Below, in pieces: positions 35,681-46,715 of a stretch of 47,413 nucleotides of DNA. A program made the translations under genes and the position numbers. The notes beneath the pieces were generated by a model that was given only the letters and a program-made list of their open reading frames with translations, searched no databases and was not told where the DNA came from. Source of the stretch: Octopus bimaculoides (taxonomy: Eukaryota); contig NC_068994.1 in NCBI RefSeq assembly GCF_001194135.2, positions 48,911,703 through 48,959,115 on the forward strand. The letters are read 5' to 3'. Positions within the stretch are counted from its first letter, which is position 1. Each line of letters starts with the position of its first letter.

Positions 35681-37155
35681 TATGTGCCGCAAACGAAGAT
35701 ACAATGGAGAAGTAACCCTGTCATGGAATCTGAGAAATCTTTTGTCAATAGTAGTGATATAAAATCGTATTACTGTGGAACGTGGATCATTTTATGCAGA
35801 TCGTTTTTTAAGAAGACATGAATGAACATGCATGGGCGGGAAACTTTTCAATGTTGAAACAAAATAAGTAGTAAAAATTTAAAAGTGGAATATGTCAGGA
35901 ATAATTTTCATTGAATACTTACTAATTGTATTTCTTTTTTTGTACAAATGTTCTTCAGAAACATTTACTTTTGAAATATTTGAAAAATCCATCAGAATTA
36001 TGAATTTGTTGTTGACAAATGAATAGGCACAGAACATGAATAAAGTAAATGTGAATGAAATATGCGGGGTATTTTTCAGTGTGGTGTAAGACTACACTGG
36101 CAATCCACGTATGAATACATACTAGAAATAAAGTGGAATTTATTCTTGTAAAACCACAAGTGAATAATATACTTTGAAGACTGTTATTAAGTCACCAATC
36201 ATTAATACTCATTAAGCATAACAGAGGTTGGTGAAATTAGTAGAAAAGTATTCTCATTCAAATGTCTGATCGGCGGCACTCAACTGTGTAAGTTGAAAGA
36301 CATAATGTCAACGAAGGTAATAGCTCTCCACTTCCTCCATCCTATTCTTATTCTAGCAAATATTCTTCAGAACATCCTTCTCTATGCTGAGTCTGAGGAG
36401 TCTGCTGGGCATTTGAAGAAATCTAATTCCAATAGTGACAGTGACAACAATATGGCTGACTGAAAGTATCGCGATGAAAAATCTATGTAATACACACACA
36501 TACACATGTAGTAGCATCTGACATGTAATATAGCGAGTATTGAAACTTCATCTATCTAATACCCATGCAATAGGTAGACAAAACTCCATTCAAGGATATT
36601 GATTTTTCCAGCATTCAAGTCAAATTTTTCGGACCAAAATTTACGACCAGAAAAGGTAGGTCGACTTAGACACAAAGACGACTCTGGAGGATCAAAAATT
36701 TCATATGCAATGCAGCAGAATTTAGAAAGATAGTGACATAGTTCCAGTGTCTACAGTATACACTACATCAGCTTGTATGCTGGAAAATACGATATTTGAA
36801 ACCAAAATTCAAGAGAGATAACTGCAGGGAAATCAGCAAAGTGAAATTTTGTTTGAAATTAAAGGCGAGGCAGATGGGAATCGATCTTAATTTTAAAAGC
36901 CAGTTTATTAAAGCAGTGGACATGTTTCAGTCATTCCTATTTTGTACTCATTTCATTTTCTAGACATTTTCTTTAGTTGGTCTTATTGGACTCAACTCTG
37001 CTAGTTGTTGTCTTTAGCAGTTTTGGAGGGAGTTTAAGTCTATTGATTGCTAGGATTTCAACTGCGATCCACTTGCTTTACATAATTCTTCTACTCTTTT
37101 GAATGATATGACTGCTTCTTGCCAGTTTTTAGGATCTCATAACTAAATTTATTCA

Positions 37156-37500
37156 CACAGGGTTGTGTGGTTAAGAAGTTGGTTTCCAAAACACATGGTT
37201 TCGGTTTCAATCTCACTGCATAGTACATTGGGCAAATGACTCCTACTGCAGACGTGGGTCGACTAAAGCCTTGTGAAATTGCTAGAAGGAAACTGAGAGA
37301 AGTGTGTGTGTAGCTGAGCCCATTTGTCTTGATGTCATGTGGTTGATGTAAATAAGCGTCAATGTCATCCAAGCGGTGATCTTCATTTTCAACCTTCCCC
37401 ATTGGGGAAATATTACCCTACTTGGAATCAGGTAAGGGTTGGCGACAGGAAGGTCTTCTGAATGTGGAAAATCTACTTTGACGAATTCCATCTGAGGAAA
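37156..37500 (+). mobile_element. SINE family A-related diverged copy with a different 3' body
   Basis: ggttgtgtggttaagaagttggtttcc...cacatggtttcggtttcaatc...ttgggcaaatg...gtcgactaaagccttgtga head. Confidence 0.6.
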
Positions 37501-37632
37501 TATAAGTATGTAAAAGTGGAATTTAAATGAGGACGAAGATAAATCTGATTTTTTGAATACCTAGGCACAGTGTGTGATGGTCACCAGCTGATTTCTGCAT
37601 GAAACGACCCGTACTTAATGATTGTTGTTGTT

Positions 37633-37955
37633 GGCACTCCGTCGAGGGTTCCAGTTGATTCGATCAACGGAACAGCCTGCTCGTGAATTTAACGTGCAAG
37701 TGGCTGAGCACTCCACAGACACGTGTACCCATAACGTACTTCTTGGGGATATTCAGCGTGATAAGGCTGACCCTTTGAATTACAGGTACAACAGAAACAG
37801 GAAGATAGAGTGAGAGAAAGTTGTGGTGAAAGAGTAGAGCAGGGTTCGCCACCATCCCCTGCCGGAGCCTCGTGGAGCTTTAGGTATTTTTGCTCAATAA
37901 ACACTTACAACGCCCGGTCTGGGAATCGAAACTGCGAGTCTGCTGCCCTAACCAC
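37633..37955 (-). mobile_element. SINE family C-related copy (variant 5' module)
   Basis: 3' body matches 9589/34567; the 5' module ccctgccggagcctcgtggagctttaggtattt matches 32426-32593. Confidence 0.85.
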
Positions 37956-39519
37956 GATGTTAAAAGTAACAAGAAATCTTATAAATTAGAACTTCGTGCA
38001 TAATGAAGCAAAACAAGGGAATTAATTCAGTATCGCACTGCCTAGTCACCAGGGGAGACAACACCGTCTTGTTTTAATTTTCCATAGGAAACAAGGTTCC
38101 CATTCGATGCGTATTTAGCAACATCGCAGTTACATATAGTGAAGTGCTATTCAGTATTTTGTAGAGTTTTGAATTCAGTGGGTTTATCGTGTTGTTTATA
38201 TATTAGTTTTACAGCTGTACATACGTCCATATTATGTATATAGACAGTTATATGGTCGTCGTAGCTTTAGATCTAATACATAACTGTATGGACCTGACTA
38301 TCGGATCTTATACGCGACGAATCAGAGTGCACTTCACTACATGTAGCCCCCGAATGATGCCAACCCGCTGGCTAAGCAGGTAGGCCAACATTCCTCTGAA
38401 CAAAACGTCTATTCGTTGCAGGATTGCCAATTTACCTCTCAGTGGATTGGAGCTTCGTGGCACGAAGTGTTTTGTTCGAGAACACGTCGCACCACAGGTC
38501 TGGCAATTATCACACACATTAATCGAAGTGTACAGAATTATAATCATTACAGCCGACCTTACCAATCGGTTTCGCACTGGGTGTTATATCGGATGTTAGA
38601 TACCAGCCCAACTTATGTAGCCCTACGCTCATGAAAGCTAGCACTTGTGGAAGAAAGAAGTTGACTGACTGCTTGATGTAATTGTGGGTAAAAAAAAAAA
38701 AAAAACCTCCGATCCGTGGTTGCTGTAAAAAAGGACGAAAGGAAGTGAGCAAGGGTTAAACCAAGAATTGTGCCTAGAGTAGAAAAGATCATTCTTTAAA
38801 ACATGTTAAACTTTTGAATTACTGGGGCTCAAATAATGTGTTTTGGGAGTTTTATGGATAAATTCAGGTTTAGACAGTCTAGGCTACAGGTCAGACATAC
38901 ACACTGCAACAAACTTGAAGCTATTATATATTAATCAAAGTCCTAACCCGCCTAACACTGTCTTACACAGGTCAAATGATGAAAGAGTCAAACTTGATAA
39001 AAAGAGAACAGACAGGAGAGTCATTACAGTCAACATTATGTAATGTTTTAACCTTTGAAAATTGACAACATTTTTATTCTTAAACTTTATTTGAAAATAA
39101 CAATTTGAAATCATACAAAATAGTCAAATAAGCAAATTGCTGTTTTTGTATTACCCTGTTTAAACATTTACAGTAGGCTGTTTAATGTCAGAACATCTTC
39201 CTTCGAGCTTTTCTGACTACAAGCTCATCAGTGATTTTATCAAAATCAATAAGTCGCAGTTTATCATTCTCTATACAGAGAATATTCAAACCAGACAGCC
39301 ACTCTTGTAACATTGTTGAACAAAGGTCACTTTTGATTTTTTTTTCAGCCTAGAAAATGGATCTCTCTCCAGAACAGTTAGTGACCATCAAACACAGGAA
39401 CAATCTGAAAATTATTTTCCACATTTGAGAAAGTAGCCTGAATTTTCTCCTGTTTTTTTTTTTTCATCTGGTACATGTCTTGGTGGCTGAAACGTTCTTT
39501 TTCTGCATGATTAATTCAA

Positions 39520-39577
39520 AACGATGTAAATAAACAGCATTACATTTGACAGTGTAATCTGAATGTTAAAGGGTCAA
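39520..39577. mobile_element. Terminal fragment of the same MITE family
   Basis: aaataaacagcattacatttgacagtgtaatctgaatgttaaagggtcaa matches one end of the family. Confidence 0.6.
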
Positions 39578-40120
39578 TATATAAAAATTGTTATATCCAA
39601 TTGTGTTACACTGCAAAATATAGCGGCTGTTTCAGCAATGTATTCGTGGACGGTTAATGGGTTGGATGCAGTGTTGAAGGTGTTATAACTCTTGAAATAG
39701 GCATATACACCCATTATCAATTCTTCTATCTTCAATCACATTGTTTTTTGCATAGATGTAGTCATATATGAAACACTGTAAATTTCAATCTATAGAAATA
39801 ACTTTAAGAAAAGCAACTGAATTGCACTGCTAACACATGTAGGACACATTTCTGACTTATAAAAGTCTTTGATATACTTGGTAGTATATCATGGCTGCCT
39901 AACGAAATAGTGTTCCTATCAGCAATATTATCAAGAGTAATCTGACTGCTAATGGGTCAAAAGAGGAAGTTTGTATCATAGAAGCAGTATCAGTCACAGG
40001 GAGGTTGGTATGAAAAGGGTGAGATGGTTTTTCATGGCACCAAATCATTAGTCAATCACAAGTTTATGAGTTAGAAAGAAAATATTTCTCCAAATATTTT
40101 AGTGAGCACATCTGTAGTGG

Positions 40121-40305
40121 ATGGAGGTGCATGGCTTAGTGGTTAGGATGTTGGGCTCATGACTATAAGATTGTGGTTCTAATTCTTGAACAGGGCAATA
40201 CATTGTGTTCTTGAGCAAAACACTTCATTTCACGTTGTGTCAATCCACTCAGCTGGTAAAAGTGAGTAATCCTGTGATGGACCAGCATCCCATCCAGGGA
40301 GGAAT
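40121..40305 (+). mobile_element. SINE family C-type copy just downstream of the zinc-finger gene
   Basis: ggaggtgcatggcttagtggttagg head and ttgagcaaaacacttcatttcacgttg...ccactcagctgg core. Confidence 0.8.
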
Positions 40306-40447
40306 ACATACACAAGAGAAACCAGCCCTAAACTCTTTATGGAGTGATGTGAACTAACCGTTTATAGATTAGAAGATGAGAATTCCAAGAGAATAATTTC
40401 TGACATAATGACAATCAATAAACTGAGATTTTCAAGAGAAGGATTCT

Positions 40448-42049
40448 TCATATTTCACAGTTAAAAGGCTTCTCACTTGTGTGTTTTCGTTGGTGTTTTT
40501 TCATGAGACTGCTTGAAATAAATGATTTCTCACACATCTCGCAACAAAATGGTTTTTCTCCAGTGTGTGTACGCAGGTGAATAACAAGATCCGAACTACT
40601 AATGAAAGATTTTTTACATATCTCGCAGTGGAAAGGTTTTTCTCCAGTGTGTCTTCGCATATGGATAATAAGATTTGAATTATTAACGAAAGCTTTCCCG
40701 CATATTTGACAGGGATAAGGCTTTTCTCCGGTGTGACTCCGCATATGAACTACAAGACTTGAATTAGTAACAAAAGATTTGCCGCACACTTCACACTCAG
40801 ACAATTTTTCTCCAGTGTGTATTCTTCTGTGAGTCGATAAATTATTGTTAGTGACAAAAGACTTTCCACAAATGTCACATTGATATGGTTTCTCCCCCGT
40901 GTGTTTACGTTTGTGAATGACAAAATTCCATTTCGTAATAAAAGATTGTCCGCATATTTCACAATGAAGCAGATTTTCTCCCGTGTGAATTCTTCTATGA
41001 GTTATCAAATTATTACTGGTAACAAAACATTTATCACATACTTCACAATGATATGGTTTCTCTCCTGTGTGTTGTCTACGAACATGGATTGCGAGTTTAG
41101 AATTATCGATGAACGATTTCCCACATATCTCACAGTGAAATGGGTTTTCTCCACTGTGGATTCTTTTGTGCCTTGTTAACTTACTATTATCGATAAAGCA
41201 CTTTTCACAGATTTCACACCGAAAGGGTTTCTCTCCAGAGTGTATCCTTTTATGTGCTTTTAAGTAACAGCTGGCAACAAAAGACTTCCCACACGTATCA
41301 CAGTGATAGGACTGTTCTCCTGTATGTCTACGTTTGTGGATTGCAAGCTTAGACTTTTCAATGAAAGATTTGTCACATATTTCACAGTGAAACGAATTTT
41401 CTCCAGTGTGTATTTTTTTGTGTTTGGTTAAATTATTGCTAGAGATAAAAGTCTTCCCACATATTTCACAGTGATAGGGCTTTTCTCCACTATGTATCCT
41501 TTTGTGTGTTGTTAGATTGTTGCTCGCGACAAAAGACTTTCCACACATTTCGCAGTGATACGGTTTTTCTCCAGTGTGTTTTCTCCTGTGTCTTGTCAAG
41601 AAACTCTTATAGAGAAAAGATTTCCCACATGTTTCACAGTGATATGACCTTTCTCCAATGTGGACTTTCTTATGTGTTGTTAAATTACTCATAGTCACAA
41701 AAGACTTTCCACAAATTTCACAGTGATAAGGACATTCTCCAGTGTGATGACGTATATGGACAACGAGGCTCCAATTTTTAAAAAAAGATTTCCCACAAAT
41801 TTGACACAGGTGTGATTTTTTCCCTTTATTGTGTTTATGTATTCTTTTGTGAACGGAGACTTCATGTTCCGAAGAGAAGGTTTTTCTGCAAATCTCGCAA
41901 CAGTATTCAGCAGTCATCTTCTCTACTGATTTTCGTTCAGACGATGCTTCATTAAATAGAGTTTCCTCAGCAGAATGAGTTTGAGTAACAGAATCAATAT
42001 TGTTAAAACCAGTTGCGTTAGAAGTTTCCAAGAGATTCATGTCCTCCAT
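40448..42049 (-). CDS. Tandem C2H2 zinc-finger protein, 533 aa, 17 complete fingers plus a truncated 18th
   Basis: Repeated CxxC-x12-H-x3-H units with TGEKP-type linkers at a 28-aa period; ~48-aa non-finger N-terminus with no KRAB/BTB/ZAD recognised. A possible acceptor (tttcgtAG) lies at 42076/42075 just upstream of the ATG. Confidence 0.95.
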   Translation of the reverse strand: MEDMNLLETSNATGFNNIDSVTQTHSAEETLFNEASSERKSVEKMTAEYCCEICRKTFSSEHEVSVHKRIHKHNKGKKSHLCQICGKSFFKNWSLVVHIRHHTGECPYHCEICGKSFVTMSNLTTHKKVHIGERSYHCETCGKSFLYKSFLTRHRRKHTGEKPYHCEMCGKSFVASNNLTTHKRIHSGEKPYHCEICGKTFISSNNLTKHKKIHTGENSFHCEICDKSFIEKSKLAIHKRRHTGEQSYHCDTCGKSFVASCYLKAHKRIHSGEKPFRCEICEKCFIDNSKLTRHKRIHSGENPFHCEICGKSFIDNSKLAIHVRRQHTGEKPYHCEVCDKCFVTSNNLITHRRIHTGENLLHCEICGQSFITKWNFVIHKRKHTGEKPYQCDICGKSFVTNNNLSTHRRIHTGEKLSECEVCGKSFVTNSSLVVHMRSHTGEKPYPCQICGKAFVNNSNLIIHMRRHTGEKPFHCEICKKSFISSSDLVIHLRTHTGEKPFCCEMCEKSFISSSLMKKHQRKHTSEKPFNCEI

Positions 42050-43469
42050 ATTAATTCCCGAGGAATTCTTAGAAGCTACGAAATGTTTGTGTAAATATTA
42101 CGGTTTAGTTTCTTGTCTCCGATAACATGTGACTCGGTTTACACACTTAGAAAAAAATACCATGTAGATATATTTTTCCTACTCACAATTACAATGTTGC
42201 TAACTCAAGACCAAGTGGCACGAATATTGATAAGGACTAAAAATTCTTCTACTTCTATTTTAAAAATACGACACTGGCCAAGGAATGCTATGTAAGCTAA
42301 ACGCAATAGAATGCCAATGAATTACCGGCATCGGAGGTTCTGGTGAAATCGGCATTGTTCAACAACAGGTTTCTTATGGGGGGCACCTATTCAGCACAGT
42401 GTGTAAAACAAGATATAATGCGTTAATTAAACCAGTATAAGGAAGAAAATATGTGTGTGTGTGTATCCAAAATAATACGTTACTTAGATCTGAAGGCAAG
42501 CTGAAAAATCAATAAGGATCTGGTTGGTGGTTAAAAACCCATCTCTCCTATCCTGTAAAAATGGGACGAAGATCAATAGACGATGCGATGTGGTTTGCTA
42601 TGAAATATGTAAAGATGCAGGTGTTAAAACACCGACCTTGAAAGATGTAGATCACCGTATGTTATCCAATAAGCATTAATGTTTACCTTATCATGAGATA
42701 ATCACTAGATACGATATAATGAAAATTAGTTGAAGGCAAAAGTTAGTTGACAAGTTGTAAAATAGGAACCAACAGGCGGTGTCACTGACGATTTGTTCTT
42801 GTATAAATAATGATACCGGTGAAAGAAGTAAAAAGTCCCTTACTTAATTTAATACATTTGAGAATACTTTCACAGTTTACGCTCTCATTTGTATTCGGCC
42901 AGCTCATGGTAAATTAAAAACCAAATCGCCGAGTAAAATAACAGTTGCGTGTTCATGAGAAAACATTTATGTGATTGTTCTCGTAGTGACTGATAGAATT
43001 AACTGATTAACTGTCATATTTCTTTTTCCTTGCTCTCATCGTACCATCTTACAAAAAAAAAAAAAAAAAAAAAAAAAANNNNNNNNNNNNNNNNNNNNNN
43101 NNNNNNNNNNNNNNNNNNNNNNNNNNNNNNNNNNNNNNNNNNNNNNNNNNNNNNNNNNNNNNNNNNNNNNNNNNNNNNNNNNNNNNNNNNNNNNNNNNNN
43201 NNNNNNNNNNNNNNNNNNNNNNNNNNNNNNNNNNNNNNNNNNNNNNNNNNNNNNNNNNNNNNNNNNNNNNNNNNNNNNNNNNNNNNNNNNNNNNNNNNNN
43301 NNNNNNNNNNNNNNNNNNNNNNNNNNNNNNNNNNNNNNNNNNNNNNNNNNNNNNNNNNNNNNNNNNNNNNNNNNNNNNNNNNNNNNNNNNNNNNNNNNNN
43401 NNNNNNNNNNNNNNNNNNNNNNNNNNNNNNNNNNNNNNNNNNNNNNNNNNNNNNNNNNNNNNNNNNNAT

Positions 43470-43745
43470 ATGTGTGTGTGTGTTTGTGTGTCTGTGTTTG
43501 TCCCACTAACATCGCTTGACGACCGATACTGGTGTGTTTACGTCCCCGTAACTTAGCAGTTCGGCAAATGAGACCGATAATATAAGTGCTAGTGATGTTG
43601 GGAGGGGGGGGGGACAAACGCGCGCGCGCACACACACAAACACACACACACGCACACACACATATACACATATATACGACGGGCTTCTTTCAGTTTCCGT
43701 CTACCAAATCCACTCACAAGGCTTTGGTCGGCCCGAGGCTGTAGT
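43470..43745. mobile_element. Two SINE family A fragments in opposite orientation (+ body ~43470-43590, - fragment ~43591-43745)
   Basis: The first part matches the reverse complement of 3090-3200; the second matches 3168-3292 directly. Confidence 0.85.
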
Positions 43746-43969
43746 TAATGCTCTCTACTGCCAAATGTCAGGCTTTGTGCCTGAAGTAGAAAGGTTTTTT
43801 TAATATATCAGTAGGGCTTGAACGAGATTAAAATGTTAAAAATTCTGTGGTGTTTCATTGCTTTTAAAACACAAATATAAGAATATTTAGGGCTTCTATA
43901 TTTGATGTTGTTGACTCCCTAACGGAAACCCTTAACTAGAGAACTTATAATTAGAACATAACCATAGAG

Positions 43970-44152
43970 CAGCGCTCCGCAACCCCTTTTCATTTATGGT
44001 ACACATATTCTTTTCAGAATTCGGCGGCACACCTCGGCTAAAAATATAACTAAAAGTACAAGGAAAAAATTATATTCAGATTACACTGCGGCACACCTAG
44101 CGTCGTCTTGTGGCACACCAATGTGCCGCGGCATACCGGTTGCGGAGCATTG
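43970..44152. mobile_element. hAT (Charlie/Buster-like) MITE, 183 bp
   Basis: TIRs CAGCGCTCCGCAACC / GGTTGCGGAGCATTG (13/15), degenerate 8-bp flanks ccatagag / tcatagaa, and internal GGCACAC subterminal repeats. Confidence 0.75.
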
Positions 44153-44349
44153 TCATAGAAAAAAGTAAAACAGGGAATTAATCCAACAGAGCATTTCTAA
44201 GATCAGGGGAGGCAACACCATCTTAGATTAAATTCAAAATTCAAAACGCAACACTTTCCATTAATGTTTATATTTCAGAATATCGCACTTTCTATTTACA
44301 AATAAGTAATTTGATTTTTCTGATACGTTTGAAATGTCATTTCTTGTTA

Positions 44350-44600
44350 TTACTTTCGCCTTAGCGAAGGCAGAGGTATTGTTTTTCAGTCACGTTTGTT
44401 TGTTTGTCCGTGGACAAGATATTTCAAGAACCGCTGGATGGATTCAGATGAAACTTTCAGGAATGTTTGTCCTTATGACTGGCACGAACTGATTAGATTT
44501 TGGGATCGATCCGGTATCGGACAAAGATTCTGGATTATTTTTCCTGTTTTTTTTTTTTTATACTTAATTTTTGAGAGCTGTCAGGTTCATTTTTAGTATT
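44350..44600 (+). mobile_element. Helentron/DINE-1-like non-autonomous element
   Basis: 5' ttactttcgccttagcgaaggcagaggtattg with a short stem-loop, a (GTTT)n tract, atgaaactttcagga and gattagattttgggatcgatccgg. This layout resembles the widespread HINE-type repeats. Confidence 0.45.
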
Positions 44601-44607
44601 CTCGTTT

Positions 44608-44697
44608 GTGGAATTTGAATTCAGAATGTAATGGCAGACGAAATACCTCTAAGCATTTTGCTCGACGTGCTAACGTTTCTGCCAGCTCGCCGCCTTA
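44608..44697 (-). mobile_element. SINE family B 5' half
   Basis: gtggaatttgaattcagaatgtaa...ctaagcattttgc...ctaacgtttctgccagctcgccgcctta. Confidence 0.8.
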
Positions 44698-45569
44698 ATG
44701 AAAATATTGTGTGTGTATGTGTGAGCGCGCGTGCGCGTGCGTGCCTATATGCATCGTTCGTTTTTTTACTTGCTGCAGCTGTTCAACTGCAGCCAAACAC
44801 GTGTGTTTGTGTAAACCGACATTTTTTCGTGGAATACGTATTTCATAAGTTTTTCCCCGGAATACTCGGGCAATAGGATGTTAATTTTTCTCGGTGGTCC
44901 TTATGGCATTAATACTAATTACTCTTTATAATATTTTCCAATCTAATCTTTTTTTTTTTTAAACCATCTGGAAAAAAATATTTGAGAAAGCATTTTTTCA
45001 AATATGCAAACACAAGGACAATTGGGATTTTAGAATGTGTAAAATTCTATTGCGCTTCGTTTGTTTTGAGATTAAAAATATTTGACAATCGCTGGGTTTT
45101 ATAAGGCTTCTTATTAACATAATGTAATATAAATATTAATAATTAGTGAACAAGGACAAGGGAATTAACTCAGTACTACAGTTGTCATTAATTATTGTCA
45201 AGGGAGGTAACTCTATATATTTTATTCAAAAGGGAAAATATTTCATGCTTATTGCCTATAATTGCAACCGGGATCTACGTTTTTGTATCCGTTTCTAAAA
45301 CAACAGGGTTTCATTGGAGGACAATTTAGGCGTTATTTCTAGCAGGTAGAGTGAGCACGTAGAGGGTTCTTTGCTGATACGGTGTGCAAGTTCCTATTGG
45401 TCGATGCTTGTGCTCACAAAGCAGACTCAGCACAAAGAAAACCGAACAACTTATGAACCCCTGCATCAACTTGCTATAAAAGCAGGCAGTAATTTTACCC
45501 TGTACTTATTCTTTGTGCAAGTTTTGAAGAGTATAGTTCGATTGTAACAGTTATTTTTTCAAAGCTATA

Positions 45570-45902
45570 ATGGAAGTGATAAAGGAGCATATTCGGGATA
45601 TTCTGCTTTATGAGTTCGATAAAGGCAACAATGCAACGGAAAGTGTGAAAATATTAATGCAGTATATGAGGATAAGACAATAAGCGTAAGCCAGTGTCAA
45701 CGGTGGTTCCAGAAGTTCCGAGCCAGAAACAACAGTCTAGAAGACGAGCCTCGTCCTGGAAGATCTGTAGAGCTCGACGAGAACATCATGCAAAACAAAA
45801 TCCCATCGTAGCTGTTGAGGAACAAGCAGAAAAGCTTGGATTCAAGTCAGAGCTAGAAGGAAAACGACCATCTTTGCTTTCAAGACGGAAGGTGTTCTTC
45901 CA

Positions 45903-45906
<4 letters not shown>
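45570..45906 (+). mobile_element. Internally deleted mariner transposase remnant
   Basis: MEVIKEHIRDILLYEFDKGNNATES.../INAVYEDKTISVSQCQRWFQKFRARNNSLEDEPRPGRSVELDEN (N-terminal HTH, Hsmar1/Mos1-like) with frameshifts, joined to KRPSLLSRRKVFFHH, the segment preceding HDNA in the catalytic domain. Confidence 0.85.

Positions 45907-45988
<82 letters not shown>
45903..45988. repeat. (CA)n microsatellite
   Basis: Direct reading; it begins at the CATCAC end of the mariner remnant. Confidence 0.95.
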
Positions 45989-45990
<2 letters not shown>

Positions 45991-46301
45991 AATGCTTTTG
46001 TAGTGTTTTTGTCTACTAACTTTCACACACCAGGTATTAGGCAACTTTTCGGAAAGGCCCCACTGCCATGCCTATATATACATATTTCCTCAATACATCC
46101 TCCTCTTACGTAATATATACAGTGTTCGATTGAAGTAAAATAATTGAATCTAATACAAATAGAAGGAAATACTCGCAAGACTATTAGGAAGTACTAATAT
46201 TAATATTTAAATAAGAAAAATTACACTCATATAGACATGTATACGTAAGGATATACTTCATTCAATAAGTTATACAGATAACTATAGAGTAAATATTATT
46301 T

Positions 46302-46715
46302 GTTATCGCCAAGCCAACATGGCAGTCGAAAAAGTAGGACGAATGCTGTCGTCGATTAGCTCCAAGAGGCCATCGCCTCTCTATTAATATCCAGTACCGC
46401 TGCCGTAGTCTCCTTCAGAGAAACTTCGAAATATTAATATTTCGATTTTTGAAAACCACTGAATTTAGGTAAATAATCCTTCGTACAGACGACCTGCTAG
46501 ATTCGGCTGCTCTACATTGATAAGAGGCAATACCTCGAAACTAGTCTGTAGATGCCAGACCAGCAAGGGGAAGCGGCTGACCTCCCCCTGTTCGAAGGTT
46601 ATAATGGACACAGGTTCGTGAGTCACATAGCTAGCTAGAGGCGATGGCTTCTTAGAGCTAATCAACGGCAGCATTCGTCCTATTTTTTCGACTGCCATGT
46701 TGGCTTGGCGATAAC
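46302..46715. repeat. 79-bp inverted repeat (arms 46302-46380 and 46637-46715, 74/79 identical) around a 256-bp spacer
   Basis: gttatcgccaagccaacatggcagtcgaaaaa...catcgcctct matches the reverse complement of agaggcgatgg...cttggcgataac with five transition mismatches. Confidence 0.95.

Noticed and set aside
36060-36690. Possible decayed pogo/Tc1-like element (aaatttttcggacc...gtcgacttagacac)
   Set aside because: The resemblance is too weak, and no paired TIRs or transposase residues could be identified.
38290-38650. CpG-rich block with short ORFs on both strands
   Set aside because: No recognisable protein motif or second copy in the window; probably an unclassified repeat.
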